Shown here: positions 9,639 to 19,237 of the stretch, one piece after another
Layout: each line of letters opens with the position of its first letter
Position numbering within the stretch: position 1 is the first letter of the stretch
From: Candidatus Altimarinota bacterium
GTDB lineage: Bacteria; Patescibacteriota; Gracilibacteria; UBA1369
Length of the DNA: 64,000 nucleotides
Reading direction: 5' to 3'
Assembly: GCA_963677745.1 (NCBI GenBank)
Contig: OY782391.1
Location: 160,001-224,000, forward strand
Translations under genes and position numbers: made by a program
The notes under the pieces: model-generated
Seen by the model: the letters and a program-made list of their open reading frames with translations, nothing else
The model's database searches: none
What the model was told of the DNA's origin: nothing

Positions 9639-10802
9639 ATGTTTGAATTTAAAATAATTGCCAAAGACCCACAGACGAAAGCCCGTCGTGGGCTTTTTTC
9701 GACCCCCCACGGCAAAATAGAGACCCCGATTTTTATGCCGGTCGGCACTCTTGGGTCGGTCAAAGGTCTTTCTCCGGACGAATTATTGCAGGCCCAAGCC
9801 CAGATCATTCTGGCCAACACCTATCACTTATATCTGCGGCCGGGACATCAGCTGATCCGGCAAATGGGCGGTCTGCACAAATGGATCAACTGGGACAAAC
9901 CGATTCTGACCGACTCGGGAGGATTTCAGGTTTTTTCCCTGGGAGCCGGCACAAAAAAAGGGAAATCCAAGGTGAAACTGACTTCCGACGGCGTGGAATT
10001 CAAATCCCATCTGGACGGCAGCAAGCATTATCTGACCCCGGAAAAAGTCATGGAAATCGAACATGATCTGGGAGCAGATATTATCATGGCTCTGGATGAA
10101 TGTGCTCCCCATGACAGTGACAAAAAATACGCCGAAAAAGCCATGCTGAGAACACACGATTGGGCTCAAAAGTGCCTGACCAGACATCTGCAGCTGGAAA
10201 AAGAGAAAAATCACCGTAAAGATCCCCCGCAGGCGCTTTTCCCGATTATTCAGGGCACCGTTTTTGAAGATCTCCGCATCGAGTCCACTCAATACATTGC
10301 TTCACTCAACACACCCGGACTGGCCATCGGAGGTCTGTCGGTGGGAGAAGGACGGGAGGTCATGTGCCGGATGCTGGAAGTCATGCAGCCTCATTATCCC
10401 GAACAAAAACCACGATATCTGATGGGCGTCGGGACCCCGCTGGATCTGCTGGAAGGTATTGAAAGAGGAATCGACATGTTCGACTGTGTCCATGCCACGC
10501 GCATCGCCCGTCACGGCTGCTTCTATAATAATGAGGGCAGACACCATATCGCCAATGAAAAATTTTTTAGCGATACCCTGCCTCTCGACCCGGATCATCC
10601 GGACAATCCCACCGGGAAATTCAACCGGAGCTATATTCGTCATCTGGTCAAGGAGAACGAGATGCTGGGTATTCGACTGCTTTCCTTAAATAATCTATAC
10701 TTCCTGCTGAAATTGATGGAAAATGCTAGAGGGGCCATCAGTAAAGGTTACTATCGGGATTTTAAAAACAACTTTTTAAGTCATTTCAGAGATACGGTCT
10801 GA
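9639..10802 (+). CDS. tgt: tRNA-guanine transglycosylase
   Basis: TPIFMPVGT, ILANTYHL, LTDSGGFQVFSL, MALDEC, IGGLSVGE, PRYLMGVG, GIDMFDCV. Confidence 0.97.
   Translation: MFEFKIIAKDPQTKARRGLFSTPHGKIETPIFMPVGTLGSVKGLSPDELLQAQAQIILANTYHLYLRPGHQLIRQMGGLHKWINWDKPILTDSGGFQVFSLGAGTKKGKSKVKLTSDGVEFKSHLDGSKHYLTPEKVMEIEHDLGADIIMALDECAPHDSDKKYAEKAMLRTHDWAQKCLTRHLQLEKEKNHRKDPPQALFPIIQGTVFEDLRIESTQYIASLNTPGLAIGGLSVGEGREVMCRMLEVMQPHYPEQKPRYLMGVGTPLDLLEGIERGIDMFDCVHATRIARHGCFYNNEGRHHIANEKFFSDTLPLDPDHPDNPTGKFNRSYIRHLVKENEMLGIRLLSLNNLYFLLKLMENARGAISKGYYRDFKNNFLSHFRDTV
9678..9699 (+). terminator. Intrinsic terminator-like hairpin inside the 5' end of tgt, downstream of rpmE
   Basis: AAAGCCC-gtcgt-GGGCTTT followed by TTT. 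Confidence 0.45.
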
Positions 10803-10866
10803 TCCATCGCCATGCGCATCACACCGGCCTCAAACCGTCTCACAGCCTCCAATTAACCAGCCCACC

Positions 10867-11433
10867 ATGATCAGTTATCTGAAAGGAGAAATTATCAGCA
10901 AACACAAACAATCCGTCACTTTGCTGTGCGGAGCCGTCGGTTATGAAACCTTTCTGTCCTCGACCATTCTGTCCGAGATGGAAATTGGACAATCTGCCGA
11001 ACTATATATTTATACAAGAGTGCGTGAGGATGAGATCACGCTCTATGGATTTACCAAGACCGGCGACCTGGAATTTTTCAAATTATTGATAGGAGTAAAC
11101 GGAGTAGGTCCCAAAACCGCCCTGGAAATCATGAGTGTTGATGCCAACCAGATTAAAAACGCCATTCTTCAGGAAAATCTGGCCCTGCTCACCAAAACAC
11201 CCGGCATCGGCAAAAAAACCGCCGAAAGAATCATTCTGGAATTGAAAAACAAAGTGCAACCGGACAGCCTGATCGAACTTCCCGCCAGTCTGGAACAACG
11301 ATTTGATGAAGTGGTTACCGCCCTGACCACACTGGGCTATCAGCGCGGGGAAATTTATCGTGTACTGAAAACCGCCCCACCGGAAATGGTTTCCTCCGAG
11401 GAAATTGTTACCTTCTTCCTGAAAAACGTTTAA
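10867..11433 (+). CDS. ruvA: Holliday junction branch migration protein RuvA
   Basis: MISYLKG, VGYE, VREDEITLYGF, GVNGVGPKTA, TPGIGKKTAERIILELK, ALTTLGY. Confidence 0.97.
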   Translation: MISYLKGEIISKHKQSVTLLCGAVGYETFLSSTILSEMEIGQSAELYIYTRVREDEITLYGFTKTGDLEFFKLLIGVNGVGPKTALEIMSVDANQIKNAILQENLALLTKTPGIGKKTAERIILELKNKVQPDSLIELPASLEQRFDEVVTALTTLGYQRGEIYRVLKTAPPEMVSSEEIVTFFLKNV

Positions 11434-11466
11434 TAGCAGATGGCCGCCCGTCTATTTTCTGGACCT

Positions 11467-12531
11467 TTAACCGGCCTTTTCCTCAGATTCTTCCGTCTCC
11501 ACATCGTTGGTCGGCTCGGATTCCTCCAATACAAAATCGAAGTATTGTTGGGCGTGTTCAAAATCCCCGTTATCCAAAGCTACTCTTATTTTCTCCAATC
11601 GATCCATCTGCAAATATGCGGAAGGATCTTTGCGGTAAGCGCTACCAGCGTTTTCATCTTTAACCTTAAACCGCCCCTGTATGGAATTTATTATCTTATC
11701 CTTCTTCTTGAGCAGACGCTTCATCTCCCGAACAACCTTTTCAAATTCCTGACGCAATTCAACATCCCAGGCAGCTTCCATTTCCAGAGGCTCAGCCGGT
11801 TTCACCATAGCATTTATCATCTGATGCCGAATTTTATGCTGCCTTTCCGACATTTCATTCAAGCGCTTCCGTAATTTAGACAGACGTGCCAATAAAATTC
11901 CCAGTGCTGAACCGATAAGCATAATCCTCATAAACCATTGAACCTTGTGCGATGCCCAGAACTGCTCCTGATTCAATCCAACAAATTTTTCCACCCGTTC
12001 TCTAAACTGTTTATCAGTCTCAAAACTAACCTCAAACTGTGGATTATTTATGTATGAACAAAACAGTGAACTCTCCCGATCATCTTGTTCGAGACCGCAT
12101 AGCTGACTACCTATCCTATTACATTCTAGATTTTCTACCCATAATTCATAGTATTTAGAATTTAGCATACGTAAAAATTCACTATATTTCTCCTGTTCAG
12201 ATATGCTTGCCCCCGTTTTTCTGTTGCACTCGACTGAACCTATTATGGGTTCAATCTTTTGAATTTCCTGCTTTCGGACTTCAAAATCAGCCTGTTCACT
12301 GGCCTCCAGAGCATTCACGCCATAAATACCCAGAGCTACCCCGCCTGACATCAAACCGTTAAAAATAAACTGCCTTACGTGCAAGCTAATTTTCTCCCTT
12401 CTTAAAGTATCTGCCTCTGTTATTAAAGACTTCTGTTTTTGCCTTTCTACCACTTCATTGCTATGGCCAGCTTTACGCACCCTGTTTTTTAATCTTGGAC
12501 CAGTCTTAGCTTCTTTCATGGCAAATTTCAT
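11467..12531 (-). CDS. Hypothetical 2-TM membrane protein (paralog of 12528-13634)
   Basis: 354-aa ORF, two hydrophobic segments flanking a 4-Cys domain, helical C-terminus; ATGA overlap with upstream paralog. Confidence 0.8.
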   Translation of the reverse strand: MKFAMKEAKTGPRLKNRVRKAGHSNEVVERQKQKSLITEADTLRREKISLHVRQFIFNGLMSGGVALGIYGVNALEASEQADFEVRKQEIQKIEPIIGSVECNRKTGASISEQEKYSEFLRMLNSKYYELWVENLECNRIGSQLCGLEQDDRESSLFCSYINNPQFEVSFETDKQFRERVEKFVGLNQEQFWASHKVQWFMRIMLIGSALGILLARLSKLRKRLNEMSERQHKIRHQMINAMVKPAEPLEMEAAWDVELRQEFEKVVREMKRLLKKKDKIINSIQGRFKVKDENAGSAYRKDPSAYLQMDRLEKIRVALDNGDFEHAQQYFDFVLEESEPTNDVETEESEEKAG

Positions 12532-13634
12532 TGATTAATTTTTTCTGACTTTGAAACAACCGGCTCAGCTTCCGCCTCCTGCTCCTCTCCTTCCGGCAAG
12601 GCTTCCTCCAAAAGTGCTTCAAACTGTTCTTTGGCCTGTTCCAGATCATCGTTATCCAAAGCAATTCTCATTCTCTGCAGCCTTTCTTTAGACAGGTCAG
12701 CTACAGGATCTTCTCTATATACTCCATTCCCCGGCTGTCCCTTGACCAGGAGCTGTTTCATGGAGTCAAAAACCGCTTTTCGTTTGCGATGGACCTCGAT
12801 CATTTCCGCCAAAAGCTCCCGAAATTGTCCATTCAACTCGGATAATTGTGCCCCGCTACTTTCCTGCTCCGTAAAATTATCAACAATCTGATGTACCTGG
12901 GCCAATAACTCCCTCTGGGTATTCAGCTTTTTCAAATGATCTTTTTTTCTTCTCAAAGATCCCTTCAGATCAGACCAAAGTGGACTTAATTTGAACAAGC
13001 TTCGTATAGAAATTCCCAATGCAGCTCCAGCCAATAGCAGCCTAAAAAAGGTTTTGTAATTATCTTCAAGATATATATCCTCAACCTGCATCTTCACGTA
13101 ACTGGCAACCTGCTCCCTGAACAGGCTGTCATTGTGGAATTTGCTCTCAAATTGAGAATTATTGAGATAAGGACAAAACAAAGTAGTTTCCCTCAAATAT
13201 TCTACAGTGCCCCCAAAATCACAAAAGCCATGTTTTCTGCCGCAAGCCTGATTGGAATACCATAATTCAGGATATGTTTGATGCAGCATATAGGCAAAAT
13301 TGTAATAGTATTCCATCTGAGGCACACTGGCCGCCGTTTCTTTCTGACATTTTGACGAACCAACAATTTCTTCAAGACGCGCTATTTCCGGCTTTCTTGA
13401 TTCCAAAGCCTCCTGCTCTGTCTCTGCCAATTTGTGAATACCATAAAATCCCATAGCCAGTGTCCCGATTAATAATCCATTCCCCAAAACACATTTCAAT
13501 AGCGACCTGCGTTCCCGTCTAACTTGGTCTACATAGTACTGAAAAAAGCCTTCTTCCTTTGCCAGTATACTTTTCTTCTCTTCCCGCTCATTGAGATTGA
13601 GAAGCTCCTTGGGAATTGCTTTTCTTTCGGGCAT
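12528..13634 (-). CDS. Hypothetical 2-TM membrane protein (paralog of 11467-12531)
   Basis: Long ORF; start moved to ATG 13634 (MPERKAIP) because a TTGACT-17-GATACT promoter overlaps the longer TTG start. Confidence 0.8.
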   Translation of the reverse strand: MPERKAIPKELLNLNEREEKKSILAKEEGFFQYYVDQVRRERRSLLKCVLGNGLLIGTLAMGFYGIHKLAETEQEALESRKPEIARLEEIVGSSKCQKETAASVPQMEYYYNFAYMLHQTYPELWYSNQACGRKHGFCDFGGTVEYLRETTLFCPYLNNSQFESKFHNDSLFREQVASYVKMQVEDIYLEDNYKTFFRLLLAGAALGISIRSLFKLSPLWSDLKGSLRRKKDHLKKLNTQRELLAQVHQIVDNFTEQESSGAQLSELNGQFRELLAEMIEVHRKRKAVFDSMKQLLVKGQPGNGVYREDPVADLSKERLQRMRIALDNDDLEQAKEQFEALLEEALPEGEEQEAEAEPVVSKSEKINQ

Positions 13635-13798
13635 AAATCGATAAACTATGGAAAATAAGGCGTGAGTATCCCACAATACCGTGAATTAGTCAACCACCTT
13701 GTTTTGATTCGTCTGATCAGCCAATACCGGCCCGACAACTACTGGTATCAAAAGCCCCGTTATGCTAAAATATAGGGGATAAAAACAAAAACTGACAG

Positions 13799-15004
13799 AT
13801 GGCGAATTTTTACTTCGGGAGCGGGCTCTCGGCACATCAGGCGGAAGGCAATAATTTCAGCAGCGACTGGTGGGAATTTGAAAACACCATTCTGAAAGAC
13901 CAGGGACTGGCTACTTCAGGCCGGGCCAGTAACCACTGGGAATTGTTTGAAGAAGATTTTAAGCTGGCCAAAGAACTCGGCCACAACGCCCACCGTTTTT
14001 CCATTGAATGGGCCAAAATTGAACCCAGCCAGGGACAAATTAATTACGAAGCCATCGCCCATTATAAAAAAGTCTTTGAGGCTCTGGCCAAATACAAACT
14101 GACGCCTTTTGTGACACTATTTCATTTCAGCCTGCCCAAATGGTTTGCTGAACTGGGAGGTTTTGAAAAAAAAGACAACATCCGCCATTTCTCCAATTAC
14201 TGCAAACTGATCGGAACCACCTTCCGCGACGAAATGAGATATATTGTCACCATCAACGAACCGGAAATTTACGCCTACCATGGTTATCTGATCAAAAAAT
14301 GGCCGCCCCAGAAAGGCAGTTATCGCCTATTCAACAAGGTTATAAAAAATCTAGTTCTGGCACATAAAACCGCCCACGATGATCTAAAAGCCATCAATCC
14401 GGAATTCCAGATCGGCATTTCCAAAAACAATCAGGTCTTTCGTCCCGACCGGCCAAAAAATCCCCTGGACTTCATCCTGACCCAATATCTGCGTTACAGA
14501 TGGAATCTGTATTTTTTGGATGCAATTAAAAAACATCAGGATTTTATCGGTCTCAACTATTATTTTTACCGCTGCGTGCGGGCAGATTTCAAACTGGTCG
14601 ACACCTTCTGTCAGATTTCCTATCCCACTTCCAGAAAAACCGACATGAACTGGGAAGTGTATCCGAAAGGACTTTACGTTTTGCTTAATGAGCTTAATTC
14701 CCGCTATAAAAAACCTATTATCATTACCGAAACCGGCGTGGCCGACCGGACTGATAAACTGAGGGAAGACGTGATAAAAGAAGGCTTATATTGGACCTTT
14801 AAAGCCAAGGAAGAAGGAGTGAACGTCTTCGGTTATCTGCACTGGGCCTTGCTGGACAATTTTGAGTGGGACAGCGGATTTGATCCCAAATTCGGATTGA
14901 TTAAGGTTGATTACGATGATAATTTTTCCCGCACCATCCGTCCATCCGCCCTGATCTACAGAGATTTGATCAAAAAATATCAAAAAGACCTTGAACAAAA
15001 ATAA
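13799..15004 (+). CDS. Glycoside hydrolase family 1 (beta-glucosidase-like)
   Basis: SAHQAEG, AHRFSIEWAKIEP, VTLFHFSLPKW, TINEP (acid/base), IITETG (nucleophile), WALLDNFEW. Confidence 0.95.
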   Translation: MANFYFGSGLSAHQAEGNNFSSDWWEFENTILKDQGLATSGRASNHWELFEEDFKLAKELGHNAHRFSIEWAKIEPSQGQINYEAIAHYKKVFEALAKYKLTPFVTLFHFSLPKWFAELGGFEKKDNIRHFSNYCKLIGTTFRDEMRYIVTINEPEIYAYHGYLIKKWPPQKGSYRLFNKVIKNLVLAHKTAHDDLKAINPEFQIGISKNNQVFRPDRPKNPLDFILTQYLRYRWNLYFLDAIKKHQDFIGLNYYFYRCVRADFKLVDTFCQISYPTSRKTDMNWEVYPKGLYVLLNELNSRYKKPIIITETGVADRTDKLREDVIKEGLYWTFKAKEEGVNVFGYLHWALLDNFEWDSGFDPKFGLIKVDYDDNFSRTIRPSALIYRDLIKKYQKDLEQK

Positions 15005-15005
15005 T

Positions 15006-15338
15006 ATGGATGAAATATCACTACAATATCAGCAGGAAGCGCAGAAACAAACGCAACACATGGAGGCTGTGATTGAAGCTTTTTATAAGCAGTGCGATTT
15101 TCTGAAAAACGAAGCGGAAAAGGCTATTGCCGCACTGGACACCGCTTTGCCGGATCGACAGAATCAAGAAAACCGCATCAAACTGAAACTTAAAAAAGAT
15201 CTGCAAACTGTCCTTGAACAATTTGAAAAAGAATTAAAAAGAAGCTTTGGACTGGGACTGGTGGACCTGGAAAACATTTATCATAAAAAAGAAGTCCAAA
15301 AGATGGCCGAAATCGAACTGGAAATCTCAAAACTTTAA
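15006..15338 (+). CDS. Hypothetical all-helical protein
   Basis: ORF filling the gap in a co-oriented run; ATG 1 nt after GH1 stop. Confidence 0.7.
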   Translation: MDEISLQYQQEAQKQTQHMEAVIEAFYKQCDFLKNEAEKAIAALDTALPDRQNQENRIKLKLKKDLQTVLEQFEKELKRSFGLGLVDLENIYHKKEVQKMAEIELEISKL

Positions 15339-15347
15339 TCCAACCAC

Positions 15348-15707
15348 ATGAAACTCTATTACCAGACAACCAGACAAGAGACCGGGAAAAAAAGACTGAT
15401 TTTTCAGATGTCGGAAATGGCTCCCAAAGCCTCCGATGCCATGCAGGGAAAAGAAGCAAAATCGGAAGCGGTACAACTGGGCGAAGTAGCCCCCCAAACC
15501 CCCAGTGAAATTTATAACGGGGTGATCAGCGCCGGCAGTAGTTTTGCCACACAATTCAGGGGAGGAATGGCCTCACTGGCTTCACTGGCCAATGTCGATC
15601 CCCTTGCCTCTTCATCCGGATCAGGAACCACCACAACAACAGCGACAACCACCACGACCGGCACAACAACTACCGCGGCAGTTACCCCCACCACTGTTAC
15701 AAAATAA
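15348..15707 (+). CDS. Hypothetical protein with Thr-rich C-terminal tail
   Basis: 119-aa ORF tightly packed between neighbours; GTTTTTATTTTTGTTTT tail. Confidence 0.65.
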   Translation: MKLYYQTTRQETGKKRLIFQMSEMAPKASDAMQGKEAKSEAVQLGEVAPQTPSEIYNGVISAGSSFATQFRGGMASLASLANVDPLASSSGSGTTTTTATTTTTGTTTTAAVTPTTVTK

Positions 15708-15726
15708 AAAACAAATTTTACAAAAT

Positions 15727-17133
15727 ATGCCCAACAAAAACACTAAAATTGTCTGCACTCTGGGACCGTCCTCCAGCAGTACCGAAATCATCGTTAAAAT
15801 GATCAAAGCGGGCATGAATGCCGCCAGATTGAACTTTTCCCACGGGACAACAGCCTCCCAGCTGGACTTGATCAAAAATATTCGCCGGGCCGAGAGCATT
15901 ACCGGAAAAACGATTGCCATTATTCAGGATCTGCAGGGGCCTAAAATCAGACTGGGAGTTTTGCCGGACCAGGGAGTAAAAATCAAACTCGGGGAAGAAG
16001 TAATAATGGACACCTCCAAAAACATCTATTCCGAAAAAAACGGACAAAAGATTTTTCCTGTTCAGTACCGGTCACTTCATCAGGACGTGAAAAAAGACGA
16101 CATTATTCTGATCGAAGACGGCATGATCAAAACCAAAGTACTCAAAGTAAAAGGGACTTCCATCACCATCAAAGCGCTGACTCCGGGACTGCTGAAAACG
16201 CACAAGGGAATCAATGTACCCACCGCCTCGATCAGTGCCAACCCCCTGACTAAAAAAGACCTGGCAGACCTGAAATTCGGCATCAAAGCCGGAGTGGACT
16301 TCATCGCTCTGTCTTTTGTCAGAAAAGGTTCGGATATCACCCATCTGCGCGAAATTCTGCGCCAGCATAATTCCTACATCAAAATAATCGCCAAGGTGGA
16401 AAGACATGAAGCCCTGGAAAATCTGGAAGACATTGTGGCCGAAAGCAATGCCATCATGGTGGCGCGGGGAGATCTGGGCGTGGAAACTCCCGCCGAAACC
16501 GTGCCGATTGCCCAGAAACACATGGTCAGACTGGCCAATGAGGCCGGTAAACCGGTTATCATCGCCACTGAAATGCTGCAATCCATGATCGAAAACCCCC
16601 GCGCCACCAGAGCAGAAATCAGTGACGCCGCCAACGCCGTCTTCGACCATGCCGATGCGTTGATGCTTTCCAACGAAACCGCCACCGGCAAGTATCCGTT
16701 ACAGGCCATCGAGACACTGGCCAGAGTTGCCCAAAACATTGAACAATTTCAGAAAAAACATCACTGGACCAAATTAAAATACTTCGATTTCAAAGAAAAT
16801 GATCCGGTGGAAATTTGCCACACCGCCACCATCCTGGCTGAAGAAACCGGGGCAAAAATGATAGTCACCATCACCGATCACGGATTTACCGCCAGAAACG
16901 TGGCTAAACAAAGAGTATACACTCCGATAGTGGTTGTCTCCCCTTACCGCAACGCCAAACGTGAATTGCAGATCTGCTGGGGAATCGACAAAATTTTCAC
17001 CACCAAGTCCAGATCCCCCGACGTACTGGCCAAGCTGCTGGTCAAGGAAAACCTGCTTAAAAAGGGCGATAAGATCGTTATCATCTCCAACGCCTCCACC
17101 AGCAACCGTCAAATCACGCTCAAACTGATCTGA
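15727..17133 (+). CDS. pyk: Pyruvate kinase
   Basis: TKIVCTLGPSS, ARLNFSHG, DLQGPKIR, IIAKVE, MVARGDLGVE, RATRAEISDAANAV; start at ATG 15727 (MPNKNTK). Confidence 0.97.
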   Translation: MPNKNTKIVCTLGPSSSSTEIIVKMIKAGMNAARLNFSHGTTASQLDLIKNIRRAESITGKTIAIIQDLQGPKIRLGVLPDQGVKIKLGEEVIMDTSKNIYSEKNGQKIFPVQYRSLHQDVKKDDIILIEDGMIKTKVLKVKGTSITIKALTPGLLKTHKGINVPTASISANPLTKKDLADLKFGIKAGVDFIALSFVRKGSDITHLREILRQHNSYIKIIAKVERHEALENLEDIVAESNAIMVARGDLGVETPAETVPIAQKHMVRLANEAGKPVIIATEMLQSMIENPRATRAEISDAANAVFDHADALMLSNETATGKYPLQAIETLARVAQNIEQFQKKHHWTKLKYFDFKENDPVEICHTATILAEETGAKMIVTITDHGFTARNVAKQRVYTPIVVVSPYRNAKRELQICWGIDKIFTTKSRSPDVLAKLLVKENLLKKGDKIVIISNASTSNRQITLKLI

Positions 17134-17249
17134 CCGGTAACCGGGACCAATTATCTGTTGCAGCGTCTATTTCCGGCAACGGCAATTTCCAATTCCCAAA
17201 GGAAGCTTCAGCCATTATAATACAGTGGCATTTAATACCGACACCAACC

Positions 17250-17741
17250 GTGCTGATTTTGGGAATCGATCCGGGCTACGCCACTACCGGCTTTGGCATT
17301 ATCGACAGTCTGGATGACCGGATCAAACTGGTGGACTTCGGAACAGTCAATACCGCCAAGGATCTTCCCCAACGCGAAAGAGTTTTACAGACCGTTGACG
17401 ATCTTCGCGAATTGATCAAAGAATTTGAACCGGAAGAAATTGCCCTGGAAGAACTGTTCTTCAGTAAAAATGTCAAAACGGCGCTCAAAGTCGCCGAGTG
17501 CCGCGGGGCCATCATTTACGAACTGACCAGACAAAAACTGCCGCTGACCGAATACAAGCCTAACCAGGTTAAGAGCAACATCTGCGGAAACGGCTCAGCA
17601 CCTAAAATTCAGGTTCAAAAAATGGTACAAATGCTGCTAAACTTAAAACAACTTCCCACTCCGGACGATGCGGCCGACGCCCTGGCACTGGCCATCTGTC
17701 ACGCCAATCACTTAAAACAAAAAATTAATTTCCTTCAATGA
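17250..17741 (+). CDS. ruvC: Crossover junction endodeoxyribonuclease RuvC
   Basis: ILGIDPG, ALEELFFSKN, DDAADALALAICH. Confidence 0.97.
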   Translation: MLILGIDPGYATTGFGIIDSLDDRIKLVDFGTVNTAKDLPQRERVLQTVDDLRELIKEFEPEEIALEELFFSKNVKTALKVAECRGAIIYELTRQKLPLTEYKPNQVKSNICGNGSAPKIQVQKMVQMLLNLKQLPTPDDAADALALAICHANHLKQKINFLQ

Positions 17742-19237
17742 TCAAACTCATTTTCCGTCTGTTCTTTCTGTTGATTGCCGCCAGCCTGACCCTGGCACTG
17801 CTTTATGTCTTTGAACTTCCGCCATTTCAGAAAAACGTCTCCCCCGCCACCGTGACCAACAATCAGGCTCAGCTGACAGAGGAAGAGGCAAAACTGCCGG
17901 AGGAACTCAAAGAAAACAAAGTCGAACGCACCAAAACCTACGATGAGATGATGGAAAGAGCGGCCCTGCTGGAAAAAAACAATTTCCCCGGACTGGCGAT
18001 CGCCCAATATCAGGAAGCTTACAAAAAAGACCCGGCCAATCTGAAACCTCTTTATGAAATAGGAAAAATCCATCTGCGTACAAGCAGTTACGGCAAAGCA
18101 GAAATAATTTTCCAGGAGCTGGTGGCCAAAGATCCCCAGAATATCGAAGACCAGGTACTGCTGGGAAGAAGTTACCTGGGCCAAAGAAAAATCGACGAAG
18201 CAAAAAATCTTTTTGACAAAATTACCGCCTCCAGTCAGTCCGTCAAATATTACCAGGGAATCCTGGCCGCCTATTACGGGGATAATGACCGTGCCAAAAA
18301 ATTGCTCAACGAGTCGGTCAGTCTGGGGGGATCGGATGACTACACTAAAAAGGCCAACAATTTTTTGTCCGCCTACAACGAATATAATTTCAACGTCGAA
18401 TCCCCCACCATTCACCTGAAAGTCCTTCTGGCACGCAGTTTTAATCAATGCGGCGAATATGAAATGGCCATTCCGCTGTTGTTTGAGGTGACCAAGGAAA
18501 AACTTGATTACCGTGACGCCTGGATTTTATTGGGCTATGCCTACCTGGAAACCGACAAATATCAGGATGCAGTGGAAGCTCTGGAAAGAGCCAAGGTCCT
18601 GGACAATCAAAAACCGGAAACGCTTTTTTATCTCGGTCTGGCTTACTACAACCTCAACAAATTCGAACTGGCCAGGGAAAACCTGCTGAAAGCGCAGGAA
18701 TTCGGATTTGAACCGAAAATTCTGGTTGACCAGAAACTGGCCGAAGTTTATCTGGAGCTTCAAAATTATCCCCAGTCAGCCGCCAGTTATGAAAAAGTTC
18801 TGGCACTCAACTCCCAGGATGTAAATTATTACATCCGGCCGATCTGGATCTATATCGAAAAACTTAATGAACCTTCCAAAGCTCTTGTATTGGCTCAGAA
18901 AGCCGTCCAAGACCATCCCGAAGAAGCGATGGCCCAAAATCTGTTGGGCTGGACTCTGATTTACAATAACAAACTTTATGAAGCCGAGACTCATCTGAAA
19001 CTGGCCCAGGGTCTCAACCCCAATCTGGACGCCACTTATCTGAATTTTGGCATCCTTTCCGAAAAAAAGAACTCCCCCGATCAAGCCCTGATCTATTACC
19101 AAAAAGCCCACAGTCTGGGCCAGGGCAGCGGAGTGGCGGCGGCCGCCGCCACCCGTTACAATCATTTGCTGGCTGCCCTGTCCCCTGCCCCGGCAACCAC
19201 CCCCGCCAATATGCAGGCTAACCTTCTTCAACAGTGA
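17738..19237 (+). CDS. Membrane-anchored/exported TPR-repeat protein
   Basis: N-terminal hydrophobic helix; many TPR-like units (AWILLGYAY..YQDAVEALERA, LFYLGLAYY..FELARENL). Confidence 0.88.
   Translation: MIKLIFRLFFLLIAASLTLALLYVFELPPFQKNVSPATVTNNQAQLTEEEAKLPEELKENKVERTKTYDEMMERAALLEKNNFPGLAIAQYQEAYKKDPANLKPLYEIGKIHLRTSSYGKAEIIFQELVAKDPQNIEDQVLLGRSYLGQRKIDEAKNLFDKITASSQSVKYYQGILAAYYGDNDRAKKLLNESVSLGGSDDYTKKANNFLSAYNEYNFNVESPTIHLKVLLARSFNQCGEYEMAIPLLFEVTKEKLDYRDAWILLGYAYLETDKYQDAVEALERAKVLDNQKPETLFYLGLAYYNLNKFELARENLLKAQEFGFEPKILVDQKLAEVYLELQNYPQSAASYEKVLALNSQDVNYYIRPIWIYIEKLNEPSKALVLAQKAVQDHPEEAMAQNLLGWTLIYNNKLYEAETHLKLAQGLNPNLDATYLNFGILSEKKNSPDQALIYYQKAHSLGQGSGVAAAAATRYNHLLAALSPAPATTPANMQANLLQQ

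Noticed and set aside
15544-15726. N-terminal Pro/Gln-rich extension of pyruvate kinase in the ORF track
   Set aside because: Alternate-frame reading of the upstream Thr-rich gene; homology starts at ATG 15727
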